Shown here: in pieces, positions 40,676 to 53,360 of the stretch | Numbering within the stretch: the stretch's first letter is position 1 | Layout of the letters: each line of letters starts with the position of its first letter | Source of the DNA: Octopus vulgaris | Lineage: Eukaryota | NCBI GenBank assembly: GCA_951406725.2 | Contig: OX597815.1 | Span: 116,498,001-116,562,000 of the forward strand | Reading direction: 5' to 3' | DNA: 64,000 nucleotides | Position numbers and translations under genes: made by a program | Notes under the pieces: model-generated | Told to the model about the DNA's origin: nothing | The model's input: the letters and a program-made list of their open reading frames with translations, nothing else | Databases searched by the model: none

Positions 40676-41022
40676 CAGAGAGATAGAGAACAAGAGAGAG
40701 GGAGAGAGAGAGAGAGAGAAAAAGAGAGAGATTGAAAGATGTATGTGCATGTATGTTTGTATTCTCTTGTCTTGGCATCGTACAATAGTTGTAGAAAAAT
40801 ATCTCTTCATGCTAGCAGTGTTATTCATTTTCAATCTTCTGTGGAAGCATGGCAGACTATTTGGGAACAGCTACCCTGCTTGGGAAACATGGGTTAGCAA
40901 CAGGAAGGGCATCTAGCCAAAGAAAAATCTGCCTCAATGAATTCTGTTTGAACCATGGATGCATAAAAAAAATAGACATTAAAATGATAAAGCCATAACA
41001 ATGATGGTGATGATGATGATGA
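40391..41022 (+). mobile_element. CORE-SINE type B with internal (GATA)n/(GA)n
   Basis: Head tggttaagaagtttgcttcccaacc..ggttcagtccc; RTE-like tail aggaagggcatc..agaaaaatctgcctcaa..gacattaaaatga. Confidence 0.75.
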
Positions 41023-41032
41023 CAATGGCAAT

Positions 41033-41215
41033 AATCCTTCCTATTATAGGCACAAGGCCTGAAATTTTGGGAGAGGAGACTAATCAATTACATTGACTCC
41101 AGAATTTCACTGGTACTTAATTTATTGACCCCAGAATGATGAACGGCAAAGTTGACCTTGGCAGAATTTGAACCCTGAATGTAGCAATAAGCGAAATACT
41201 GCTAAGCATTTCTGA
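41033..41215 (-). mobile_element. Nin/Deu-domain SINE
   Basis: ggtacttaatttattgacccc..ggcaaagttgaccttggcagaatttgaac. Confidence 0.75.
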
Positions 41216-41811
41216 TAACGATGATTCTTATGGCTTTTAAAATGTTATAGTATTACAGCATCTCACTTAGGTGAAGATAACTCAATGTCTGGCTTCTTAC
41301 ATTAGCCATGTCATCTCCCCCACGCATTCCTAGTCATGGAGTTCCTACAAGTCCTGAGTGCTCTCAGTAACACAGAGGTTACAACAACAACAACGATGAC
41401 AACAACTTCTGATCTATTTATAGAATTTGTTGCAAGGCAGCAAAATCTTGCTGTATTACTGTACAGGATCTTTGATTATATAGCCTCAAATTCTAACGTG
41501 AATAGAGTTATTGTGCTGTGCTCTTTGGAATAATGTATTACTCACTCCCTGCTGCTGACTGACTGACTATTAACATGATTTACTCCAACATGTTTGCTGT
41601 AGGAAGAGCATCCAGCTGTAAAATGACATCTTGCTTTAACAATATACAGATGTTTCCAAATGCCTTTGGAATCATACTATTGTGGAGAATGAGAAATGGA
41701 TGTAAAATAGACTTCCTATCTATTTATCTATCTACACTCATACATAGAGATGTACATTCATACACACAAATACACAACACACATATATATGTATGTGTGT
41801 GTGTGTGTGTG

Positions 41812-41852
<41 letters not shown>

Positions 41853-41877
41853 ACATACATATAATGTACATATATAC

Positions 41878-41939
<62 letters not shown>

Positions 41940-41940
41940 C

Positions 41941-42020
<80 letters not shown>

Positions 42021-42703
42021 ATATATATATATATAAATATATACATATATGATGTATGAGGATTATAATGAGGATGAGTATGTCTATACATATGCGTGTG
42101 TGAGTACGTGTGTAAGAATATGTGTATGCAGATGTGTGTGTGTTTACACACAGGCACACACTCACACACAATAGGTGTGTATAGCTTGTGCAAATAAAGG
42201 AGATACTAAGATAATAGATTGTGCTTACATTTCAAGTTGAGGATTTCTTAACATACATGCATACATACACTCAAACACATACACACACACACATATATGT
42301 ATATACATACACACACACATATATATGTATATACATACACACACACATGCACGCACACACACACACACACACACAGAATTATATATGTATGTGTGTAAGA
42401 GCTGTGAACGAATTTCAATAATAGCTGGGTTTTACTCACCTTACATTAAGGCTAAAGAGAAACATTTGAGTACACATGCCCTTTATAGCATCCTTGAATT
42501 ATATATTTCCCACCTGCCTCATAGTCTATATAATCTTCTGACTGTAAACCAAAATATGAAATTTCTATGAGTAAACTGGGACCCTGAACTGCAATGCACA
42601 GGCCATCCATTCCTTAGATTTCGCTTAGTACTCATCATTGTAGATTCTCTCGTTCTCCTTCCTTCCTTCCCTTCCTCTCTGTCCCTCCCCCTCTATCTAT
42701 CTG

Positions 42704-42811
<108 letters not shown>

Positions 42812-42929
42812 GGAGTGGCTGTGTTCAGTCCTACTGCGTGGCACCTTGGACAAGTGTCTTCTACTATAACCTTGGGCCCACCAAAGCCCTGAGAGTAGAT
42901 TTGGTAGACAGAAACTGAAAGAAGCCTGT

Positions 42930-42976
<47 letters not shown>

Positions 42977-43238
42977 ATATATATATATACATATATATAC
43001 ATACATACATATATATATATATGTGTGTGTATATGTTTGTGTGTTTGTGTGTTTGTCCCCCCAATATCAACTGATGCTGGTGTATTTACATACACGTAAC
43101 TTAGCAGTTCAGCAAAAACGACCAATAGAATAAGTACTAAGCTTACATAGAATAAGCCCTGGGGTCGATTTGCTCAACTAAATGCACTGCTCCAGCATGG
43201 CTGCAGTAAAATATCTGAAACAAGTACAAAAAATGAAA

Positions 43239-43240
<2 letters not shown>
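42812..43240 (+). mobile_element. CORE-SINE type A with internal deletion in the head
   Basis: ggagtggctgt|gttcagtcc..accttggacaagtg..gaaacaagta. Confidence 0.8.
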
Positions 43241-43295
<55 letters not shown>

Positions 43296-43296
43296 A

Positions 43297-43499
43297 AATA
43301 ATAAGACAAAAAATTCCTTTAACACATCTTTAATGATTCATTACAATCATTTCTGTATCAATTTTGCTTGTGGTGGCAGTTTATGCAAAAATTTTAACTT
43401 TGAATTTTTGCGTAAACTGGCATCACTAGCAGAATTGGTACAGAAACAATTTTAATGAATTATTAAAAATGTGTTAAAGTGTTTATTTGTCTTATTATT
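43297..43499. repeat. ~200-bp foldback palindrome carrying hammerhead-like 3' halves
   Basis: Arms 43297-43393 and 43403-43499. The right arm has GAAACAATT(T)TA and the left arm reverse complement has GAAATGATTGTA. No CUGANGA is present. Confidence 0.75.
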
Positions 43500-43765
43500 C
43501 AAATTATAATTTGCTCTTTGCCACATCCACACCATGGTTTTACCATCATGAAACCAGGATTTTCTACACTTGACTAATTTTGGCATTAGTCTAGAATCCA
43601 ACAGTGCTCAACTCAGGTTGAGTGCTTCTCTGGAAATACCCTACCTTTGTATCCTACCAGGACCTCAGATATATCTACATATATATAGACAAACTGCATG
43701 TGATGACAAAATATTTAGACTGCAATATCATTGGGTATAGAGGACTATATTTATTGAATGATACG

Positions 43766-43970
43766 GTTATGGAGACTCACGTACAGGACTTCAAGTTTCT
43801 GTGTCAACAATCTGATGATTGTCACACTTCTTCAGTTGTCGTAAGCCCAGTGCTCTTAACATCATCAATTACAAACCCACAAAAATTGAACTTAGAACAG
43901 TTGAAGAAGTGTAGTGGTCATTGTTTTGTTGATGCAGAAACTTGAAGTCCTGTGTGTGAGTCTCCATAAC
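43766..43970. mobile_element. Foldback element with two outward-facing hammerhead ribozyme motifs
   Basis: Arms 43766-43840 and 43896-43970. Minus 43783-43839 reads ACAA-CTGAAGA-A-GTGTGACAATC..GATTGTTGACAC-A-GAAA-CTTGAAGTC-CTGT. Plus 43897-43953 reads ACAG-TTGAAGA-A-GTGT..GC-A-GAAA-CTTGAAGTC-CTGT. Confidence 0.8.
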
Positions 43971-43985
43971 TATTATTATATACAC

Positions 43986-44375
43986 ATCATCATCATCATC
44001 ATCATCGTTTAATGTCCGTTTTCCATGCTAGCATGGGTTGGACGGTTCAACAGGTGTCTAGGAAGCCAGGAGGCTGTACCAGGCTCCAGTCTGATCTAGC
44101 AGTGTTTCTACAGATGGATGCCCTTTCTAACACCAACCATTCCGTGAGTGTAGTGGGTGCGTTTTACGTGCTACTGGCACAAGTGCCAGGGGAGGCTGGC
44201 AACGGCCATGATTGGTTGGTGCTTTTTACATGCTACCGGCATGGAAGCCAGTCAAGGCAGTGCGGGCATCAGCCATGTTTGGATGGTGCTTTTTACGAGC
44301 CATCGGCATGGGCATCACAACCATAATTTCCATTTGATTTTTATTTTGATGTTGATGTACTTGACTCAATAGGTA
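43986..44375 (-). mobile_element. RTE LINE 3' UTR fragment
   Basis: (CAT)n cgtttaatgtccgttttccatgctagcatgggttggacgg.. followed by three gtgctttttac units. Confidence 0.85.
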
Positions 44376-46995
44376 TTGATGTACTTACCCATTACTTGAA
44401 CTTAAATCGTTCATGTTACTCTGGCAGTTATCAGTTATAGCTGACATGATGTATAAGTAAACAGGTTATGAGATGTGGTACAGCAGTGCTTATTTGGCAT
44501 TGCTGATTTAATGCGATTTATTTGACATTAGACATTTTAGTGTTTTTCTTATTTTAATGTTTCTCTTGTTCTCGTTTTCCTTTTCTCTCTGTCTGTTTAT
44601 GTGTGAGCATCTAGTTATGTTTGTATGTATGTATATCTTTCTCAATTTTTGTATATGTATATATCTGTGCATGCATGTGTTTGTGTGTCTGTATGATGTG
44701 TGTGTGCGCGCACATGCGTATCTGTGTGTTTTGTTCTTCACATCAAAATGTACTATTACCAAAACAGGTTGTCTCACCAGCCAGCTGTGCCAAATTGTCA
44801 GCCTCCAAACAACCACGCCAAATTGTCTTACCCCAAAGGAGACAATAGCAGCAAAGACTTGGCTGTTAATAATACCCACATCTCCTACCCAGGACACCTG
44901 AGACTGGTAGGAGAAGGGAAAGAGAATTTCCTCAACCTCAAGGCCTGGCCCCTTGCTACAAAATGGGCTCCATTAAAGGTACCCAAGGACGAAGTGGGTG
45001 TATTAAACCAGCTGGTGGATTAAATCTACCACTTAAGTAGGCTACAGAACATGCAGAACAAGAACAAATGCAGCAAAGCATCCTGTTTAACATTCTAATG
45101 TTTCTGCCAGCTCACTGCTCCTGACTAGTATTTTGTCTATTGACCCCAGAAGAGTAAAAGGTAGTGTTGACTTCAGCAGGATTTGAACTCAGAACACAAC
45201 TAGGTTGAATAAACAGTGTAATGCATTTTATCTGGTACTCTCACAACTCTACCAATTCATTGCCTATAAATGCTGGTTAACAATCTTTTTTTAATCAGCT
45301 CATCATCTGCCATTATTAATCAATATGCAAATGATGATAAAGAGCTAAGAATCCACTATAATATGCATTTTACCTCAACTCTTTGTTTGAGCTTGGTATT
45401 ACACAATCAGTTCACAAGTATGTAAGGATCTAGTAAATCAGAGGCCACAATTACTCAGTATCGTTTAATTACCCTACTAATTACCAACTGTACAAAGTAT
45501 CATTTGGCACCTACTTGTTAACATTGAGCTTTATGACATAGGATCTCTAAGATCAACTATTGTTGATGCCAGACAATATGTGCTGAGGTTGATGAGGAGA
45601 ATGAGTCACTGAAAGCAAACTCATAGGGGAAATTAACTTCACTGTTATCAGGGGTGGTCTTTGATAAAGGGAAAAATGAACCGAACAGAATCTTAAGTCT
45701 GTTGAATATAAACACTGAGTTGATCTGTTCCTCATTGTGTATAATTTCATTACACATCTGTTCTACAGCAACAAGTCACATCAATAGAATGGTGTAGCCA
45801 GATTTTGTACCACCCAGGGCGGTCCTTGAAAAAGACAACATGATACATATGTAAAGTGCCACACCCCCAAAACATGTCATCCTGGGTGAATTACACATCC
45901 CTTCACCTCGCTTTTAGCTATGCTAGTGTATCAATATCTTCAGTTGCCAATTCTATAATGGTGTCTTCCCTTAAGGTGGTGAAAGGTGACTTGCATTATT
46001 TATATTTTGTGGCATTCAGATGACCCTGCACAGAATGAATTGTTTAAACTCAGGTCAACCTTGACCAAGCAGAACTCCAATCAAAATTGTTCCAGTTATG
46101 ACCACTAATTGGCAGAGTCACTTGAGCATTAGATGAAATGTTTTGCAGTATTCCTTCTGGGTCTCGGCACTTTGAGTTCAAATCAAGTCACAGTCAGTCC
46201 TGTCATTCATTCTGTTATAGGTTAATGAATTATGAAGCTGACAACTAGTGCTGGGGTTCAATTCTTCTTCTCCCTCTATTTTTCATTTAATTTTTCTCTC
46301 TGGAAGAAATCAGTTGTGGGTCAGCCTTGGAGAGGGAAGGGCTCTTCTAGGTTTAATTTGTCCAAAACAAGCTGTATAACACAACGGCATTTCTATGATT
46401 CCATTAGGAACTGAGAGCCAAAGGTAAGGCAAGAAAATATTCCTTCTGTTTGAGAGCATCAAGAACATCATCATCATCATTTAACATCCATTGTCCATGC
46501 TAGCATCGGTTGGATGGTTTGACTAGGGCCAGTAAGCTGAGGGGCTCCACCAGAATCCTGTCTGATTTGGCATTGTTTTCTACATCTGGATGCCCTTCCC
46601 AGTGCTAACCTCTCTGAGAGAATATAATATGGCTTTTCTTTTATTTAAGAGAATAAAATAAAATTTTATGGAAATTTGGCAATTACTTTTAGCAGTCTGA
46701 GTGACCATGTAGATAATCCCTTGTTGGTGTATCATCTTAAAGATGTTATAGGCCAACAACAGCAAGATACAATGACTGAATATAAATGGAATGCCATTGA
46801 TCACAAGTCTGCTCATTCTGAGTTTACCTGGAACTAAACAGGTCAACTCAGAACAAGTAAAAACACATTCAACCTTATAATAAAGACACTTGCCCAAAGT
46901 ACCACACAGTGGGACTGAACCCGGAACCATGTGGTTGGTAAGCAAGCTACTTACCACACAGTCACTCCTGTGCTTATGTTGATAATTTTCACCAG

Positions 46996-47269
46996 ATTCT
47001 GTTGTGTCTGGGCAGAGTCATTCTCTTTTAGTGCCTTATTATTCAACACACTCACTGGTAAAATTTCCACTCATTTACTTATTTATTTTTCCGAAATTTT
47101 CGTTGCATCTTGCAACATTTTCACTTGAGTCAACAATTATTGAAAAGGTTGCAAGATGTAATGAAAATTTTAGGAAAAATAAATAAGTAAATGAGTAGAA
47201 ATTTTACCGGTGAGTGTGTTAAATTATAAGGCACTAAAAGTAAATGACTCTCCCCAGACACAATAGAAT
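46996..47269. repeat. ~270-bp foldback palindrome with hammerhead-like inner ends
   Basis: Arms 46996-47123 and 47141-47269; the ORF track gives near-identical peptides on both strands. The inner ends read TGAAAA(T/G)-GTTGC-AAGAT-GCAAC-GAAA-ATTTC. Confidence 0.85.
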
Positions 47270-47906
47270 ATGCTTCAACACACGAACTCACATAAAGAAT
47301 CTTGCAAACCAAATCCCAAAACGAAATAATTCACTAGATTCATTGTAGTCATATTTACTTTTATTTCACATTCCTTCATTTCTTAGTATAAAGTGATCAA
47401 GAGAAAGAAAGGCCAAAACAAGCAAATTTTTTACAGCTTGCTGTCAGTCATAGTAAGAGCAGTGATGTTATTTTCTTTGTATTCTATTATTTTTGAGAAA
47501 GGAGCATAAAAAAGAAGGACAAAACAAAAAAATGAGTGAGTGACCAAGAAAAACAGAGGAAGCAGATATTTTACTGCTTGCCTTTCATCCATGTTAAATT
47601 GTCAATGGAAAGCAAATTTTCGACTGCTTGCTTTCAGTCATAGTAAGAGCAGTGACCAAAAAAGAGAAAGACAGAGAAAGCAGATATTTTACTGCTTGCC
47701 TTTCCGCGTGTTTTCTCTTGAAGTGCTAATGTTTTTACTGTCCCGTGCAGCAGAGCTCAAAAACTTGCCTATTCAGAGGACTTTCCTGGGGCTTTCCTCA
47801 TAGTTGGACAGATTTAGATTAGAAATGCATATTTAGTCAATTTACTAGTTTGTTTTATTGCTTTCTGATATATTTCATATGACTATTCAGTACTGAAGAG
47901 TACACA

Positions 47907-48232
47907 TTTTATCTTTTATCTTCTACTTGTTTCAATCAGTAGCCTGTGACCTTAGATAATTTTTAGTCTAATGAATCTACCTTAGTACTTTTTTTAAAGC
48001 TTGGTGCTTATTCTTTTGGTCTCTTGTGCAGAACTGCTAAGTTATGGGAACGTAAACACACCAATACAGGTTGTCAGGCATTGTAAAGGACAAACACGGA
48101 CACAAAGACACATACACACACACACATATACACACATTTACAAGGTTTTAGTTGGCTCAAGGCTATAAGTAGGAGAGTGGTCTTGGAACCATGTGGTTGG
48201 GAAGCAAACTTCTTATCACACACCCATGCTTG
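47907..48232 (-). mobile_element. CORE-SINE type A, degenerate
   Basis: ctacttgtttcaatc tail, gctaagttatggg..aaacacacc, ggaaccatgtggttggg head. Confidence 0.7.
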
Positions 48233-48599
48233 CTTTCTAAAAAGATTTAACCAACGAAGGGAGCATTTTTGATCCCTTCTTAAGACCTAAGTTCAGTCAT
48301 GTGACTCTAGAGTTTTCTTGACTATTTCACACAGAGAGCAAAAAGAAGAAACTGACTATTTGTGTGTGTGTGTGTATGTGTTTGTGTGCATGTGATTAAA
48401 AGTAAAGTTTCCATCCATTCGTTCATGCCGATGCTTTAAAATTTAATTTTAAATATCTAAAATTAAGAATGGTTATGTAAAAAAGTAAACTAGCATCTAA
48501 AGTATCTATTAGCATAAATCTTTGATTCATTTAAGAAGATTATAACCTAGTAGAATTTCTCATGCTTTCAATCATTCCCAGGATGACAAAAGGGTAAAT

Positions 48600-49510
48600 T
48601 AAATTCAGTTTTCTCTCTCCTTTCCCTAACTTTGAAACAGATAAGAAGAATATTATCATTCTCAGTAAAGAGAAACCAAAGCTTAAGCTGAAAATCAAAA
48701 CCGAAGTGGGCAGCAAGGAATGTCATCATTATTTTGATTGAAAGTATTATGAATAATCTGAGTGAATGACAAGATGATCCATTCTGAGCAAATATTTCTG
48801 TTTCCTATGTCTTTTAGTTTGCCAGTATAAGAATACATTTTCTCAGCTTTGAAGTGATATTGAAAACGAATATTACTTTCAAGTGATATTCAAAACGAAA
48901 CCATTTAATTGTATATCTGTTACAAATGAAGGTGTAATTAAGCCAATGATCGACAAAAACATTTGTTGCTGTTATGTTTGGTGACACTACAGACCTTCAA
49001 ATGAAATCTTAACTGTCACACATTTTGCAATTTGTTGATGAGAAGGAAAGGCTTCAAGAAAAGTTTAGGGGATAAGTCGATGTCAGTAAAGACAGAAAAG
49101 CTGCATCACTGATAGAAGTTGTACATTGTTATACACATTCACTTAATTTGGTACTCTCTCACTCAAATTCAAGAGTTTGTGAATGTCGAATTTTCCTTCT
49201 ACACTTTAAAAAGAATTTTGACTTTCTTCTCAAAGTCAGCAGCTTGAATAACCCCTAGTGGATGAAATTGTTGGAAGATGATTTCCAGAGTTATATGTAT
49301 GTTTCACATGTTTTACTATTTCAAAACGGTGCATTGTAGGGGTGGGGATACTATTTTCCTTTTCAGACTCCCCATATCTCAAAGCATATATAATACTACA
49401 CTTTTCACAGAAAATGGGGGAGGGTGGAACACTCTGAACCCACCTCAACCTCAGTGGGGGGTGGAGGTGGACTGCATGCCCTAGTTTCCTAGTCACCCTT
49501 TGCCACTACT
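48600..49510 (+). pseudogene. hAT transposase remnant
   Basis: VHCYTHSLNLVLSHS at 49121 (hAT CxxH motif), then LVDEIVGR. Possible terminus ..gccactactg at ~49510. The left boundary is uncertain. Confidence 0.6.
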
Positions 49511-49511
49511 G

Positions 49512-50230
49512 CACACCCACACAAAGAAGTTCATGGTACTTAAATCTGGTGAGTTTAGAGGCCACAAGTTTGATCTTACATGATTATAAAGATTGTCTGA
49601 TATCCGTTCTTGGGTCATGTGGGGTTTGTGAAAAGGTGCAGAATTGTTGAAATGTGTAACATTCCACTGCATTCTTCATCTGTTCAGGACTTAACAACTG
49701 TTTCCACACCTCAACGTATTCAGCAACATTAATTCTAAGATTCCATGGAAACTGAGGTGATATGACATGACCAGCATACTCACCACCCTTAAAACCATCA
49801 CAGTTGCTACAGACCTAATGTGCCTCCTTCTGAGGACATGAGAAGGATTTTCAAATAATCATCCGTCACTTTCCCTATTAAAATTTTGGTCTTGGTCGAA
49901 GTTTTTCTCATCAGAGAAAAACCAAAGCATGCCATGTTCATGAAGTTTTTTAACCTTGCTGAGTAACTGCATGGTCTAGATCAAATGGTTTCCTTGTAAT
50001 TTTGCAGGCATGAATTAGCCTCTCCTCAATACAAACAACTTGTATCAAATGTCTTTGTATACCACAGTTCTGATAGTCCATTCTAATACTTGAAGTTCGT
50101 TGGTGATGGTTCAGAGGCTTCCAGTTCCATCTGAAATTTTGTGTACAAAAGATCTTGCAACTTTTAGAAAGTTTGCAATTTCTAAACCCCTGCATTCCAC
50201 ATATCTGGCAGCAATGACTGCATGTCATTT
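49512..50230 (-). pseudogene. Tc1/mariner DD37D-type transposase remnant
   Basis: Minus strand reads LWFFSDEKNFDQDQ (~49890-49930) and NLWPLNSPDLSTMNFFVW (~49515-49570). Confidence 0.7.
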
Positions 50231-50348
50231 TGTTCCTTGTTTTAGCATTTTATTTGTCATAGAGATCTGAGGTAATGAAAACCTTTTGATTGGTTTAAAG
50301 AGAGTAATATTCTGATAAGTGTCCTCAAATGCCCTTTGCATCCTGTAC

Positions 50349-50492
50349 GTATGTATGTATGTATGTATGTATGTATGTATGTATGTATGTATGTATGTAT
50401 GTATGTATGTATGTATGTATGTATGTATGTATGTATGTATGTATGTATGTATGTATGTATGTATGTATGTATGTATGTATGTATGTATGTAT
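50349..50492. repeat. (TATG)n microsatellite
   Basis: Direct reading. It is one of many (TA)n, (CA)n, (TATG)n, (GATA)n and (CAT)n tracts across the window. Confidence 0.95.
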
Positions 50493-50596
50493 GCATGCAT
50501 GCATGTATGTATGTAGGAATGTACATACATAGGTATGTATATACACACACATGCATGTGTGTGTGTGTGTCTGCATGGTAAGAAGTTTGCTTTTCA

Positions 50597-50915
50597 GTGG
50601 TTAGAGTGTTGAGTTTTCAATCGTGAGGTTGTGAGTTCAATTCTCAGATCAAGCTGTGTGTTGTGTTTTTGAGCAAGACACTTTATTTCACATTCTCCAG
50701 TTCACGCATCTGTAGAAATGAGTTGTGACATCACTGGTGCCAAGCTATATCAGCTTTTGTCTTTCCCTTGGATAACATTGGCGGTGTGAAGAGGGGAGGC
50801 TGGTCTGCATGGATGGCTGCTGGTCTTCCATAAACAACCTTGCCTGGACTTGTGCCTACGATGGTAACTTCCTTGGTGCAATCCCATGGTCATTTGTGAC
50901 CAAAGGGGGTCTTTA
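50597..50915 (+). mobile_element. tRNA-derived SINE of another family (related heads at ~37705, ~56980, ~59848)
   Basis: gtggttagagtg..gagttcaattc..gtgttgtgtttttgagcaagacactttatttcac. Confidence 0.6.
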
Positions 50916-50954
50916 CTTTACTCCTTTTCTTTGTATACACATATAAGGTGATGA

Positions 50955-51518
50955 ACCTCACAGAAACAATGACTAGTGACCAAGACCTTTGGCGATGTGC
51001 TAACCTTAACTCTAACTCATGTCGGTGGTATGTAAAGAACACTTTTTGAGTGTTGGGCTTCATGGAGACAAAGTGTCCGAGTTCCTTTCAAGTGTTAGTC
51101 CTCACAGAGGCAATGACTGAAACCTTTGTCATTATGTTGTGCTTGAGAAGAAGACCCATCAAACCAAGCAAAATCACAATCGTGGCAGATACTGGTGTCA
51201 CACAAATTGCCACCCATACCAGTGGCACATAAAAGCACCCCTGTGGCACAAAAAAGCACCCCTGTGACACATAAAAGCACCTCAGTGGCACATAAAAGCG
51301 CCCAGGTATCATGCAAATGGTACCCATACCGGTGGCAAGTAAAAGTGCCCATTACACTCTTGGAGTGGTTGGTGCTAGGAAGGGCATCCAGCCTTACAAA
51401 ACCATGCCAAATGGGACTGGAGTCTGGTGCAGCCTTCCAGCGTGCCAGCCTGGTCAAACCATCCAACCCATACCAGCATGGACAAAGGATGTTAAATGGT
51501 GAAGATGATGATGATGAT
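50955..51518 (+). mobile_element. RTE LINE 3' end with ~21-bp tandem repeats
   Basis: ORF tail LTETMTSDQDLWRCA, then gtggcacataaaagcacc x4-5 at 51222-51350 and the canonical terminus. Confidence 0.8.
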
Positions 51519-52370
51519 ATATATCAAATTGGCAGCAAGCATCATTAGAATGTTGGAGGGTACTTGTTTTCACTCTCTGTGCTCTGAGTTCAAATCCCAT
51601 CAAAGCCAACTTTGCCTCATATCTTTCTGGGCTTGATAAAAAAACGCACTAATTCAGGATAAATAGATTAGCAGAACTATAAAAACATTAGTTTGGATGC
51701 CTTGTATAAACTGTTTACAGCTCTTTGCATTCCAAGTTCAAATTTTGCTGGGACCTACTTGGGTGGTAGATTTAATCCATCACCTGGCTTAATACCATAA
51801 CCTGGCACCCTGGGTACAATTTAGCAGAATTCAGTCTATTGCAAGCATTCAATTTGCATTTCTAGTTTACGAATACCTTCCTTCATCCTTCCTGCAAGTT
51901 TTAGAGGTGCTGTGAATGGTTACAGGCACTGCCCATCACACCTGCCTCAAAATAGAAAAAAAAAATTAATTATATAATAGTATCATAACTTGCTGAAGAA
52001 AGGACGTACCAATCACTACTCTTAATGGCTGGAAGATAGAATGTACTCATCAACATACAAAAGGTTTTAAGCCTATAAACTTATTTCCAAATATTTTTAT
52101 CTTTTATGTTGTCTCAGACATTGGACTGTGGTCATGCTGGGGCACCACAGTGAAGGATTATAGTCTAACAGATCAGACCTAATGCTCATTTCTTAAGACT
52201 GGTGGTTATTCTTTAGGTCCCTTTTGCTGAAATGTTATGGGGTTGTAAACAAACCAACACCTGTTTCAAACATCAGGTGGACGACAAACACAGGCACTGA
52301 GATACAGACAGACAGACAGAAAGACACACATACACACATGCACACACACATAATCCCACATACACACACA

Positions 52371-52587
52371 CAAGGGGGTGCTGAAAAGTTCCTCCCTCTA
52401 AGTAAAACAAAATACAGGAGGATCAGTTAATTATGATTTTATCCAAGATATTTCCCTCCCAGATTCACACTCTTATTGCAGTGGTCCTTCAGTTTTTCTA
52501 AGCCCTGTAAAAGAACTTGGAAGTCTGGATCTCCAACCAAGCCTTTTGTGATACCCTTAAAGGCAGGAACTTTTCAGCACCTCCTCA
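52371..52587. mobile_element. mariner-derived MITE
   Basis: TIRs caagggggtgctgaaaagttcct / aggaacttttcagcacctcctca. An inverted sibling lies at 59256-59472. Confidence 0.8.
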
Positions 52588-52589
52588 TA

Positions 52590-53001
52590 TTCTTTTATTC
52601 ATTTACTTGTTTCAGTCATTTGACTGTGGCCATGCTGGAGCACCACCTTTAGTTCAACAAATAGACTCCAGAACTTATTCTTTGTAAGTCGAGTATTTAT
52701 TCTATCAGCCTCTTTTGCTGAACTGCTAAGTTATGGGGGACATGTACACCAAATTCAGCTGTCAAGCGACTGTGGGGTGACAAACACACACACACACACA
52801 CATATGTATGTATATATATATGCGCTTGGCTTAGATTTTCCTTTGGGGCTGGCCAGGTCGGAGCAATCTCAAGATTAATCAGCCGAAATTGCGATGATGA
52901 TCCGGTTCTTGATTGAAGATTGAAGGCTTTGAATGTCCCGTCCGTGTTTTTTGTATCGTCTTCTAAATGTTTTGCGTTCTTGTCCCAGTTTGTATTTTTT
53001 T

Positions 53002-53037
<36 letters not shown>

Positions 53038-53196
53038 CAGGCTTCTTTCAGTTTCCATCTACCAAATCTATTCACAAAGCTTTGGTCGGCCTGAGGCTAT
53101 AGTAGAAGACACTTGGCCAAGGTGTGACACAGTGGGACTGAACCTGGAACTATGTGACTGGTAAGTAAGCTTCTTACCACACAGCCATGCCTGCCC
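52590..53196 (-). mobile_element. CORE-SINE type A with an unrelated ~180-bp insert (52822-53002) in its microsatellite
   Basis: 3' half 52590-52800 and head 53040-53196; the insert is flanked by (TA)n. Confidence 0.8.
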
Positions 53197-53198
53197 CT

Positions 53199-53233
<35 letters not shown>

Positions 53234-53264
53234 CATCATTGTCATTTAATTCCTGTTGCCCATG

Positions 53265-53360
<96 letters not shown>

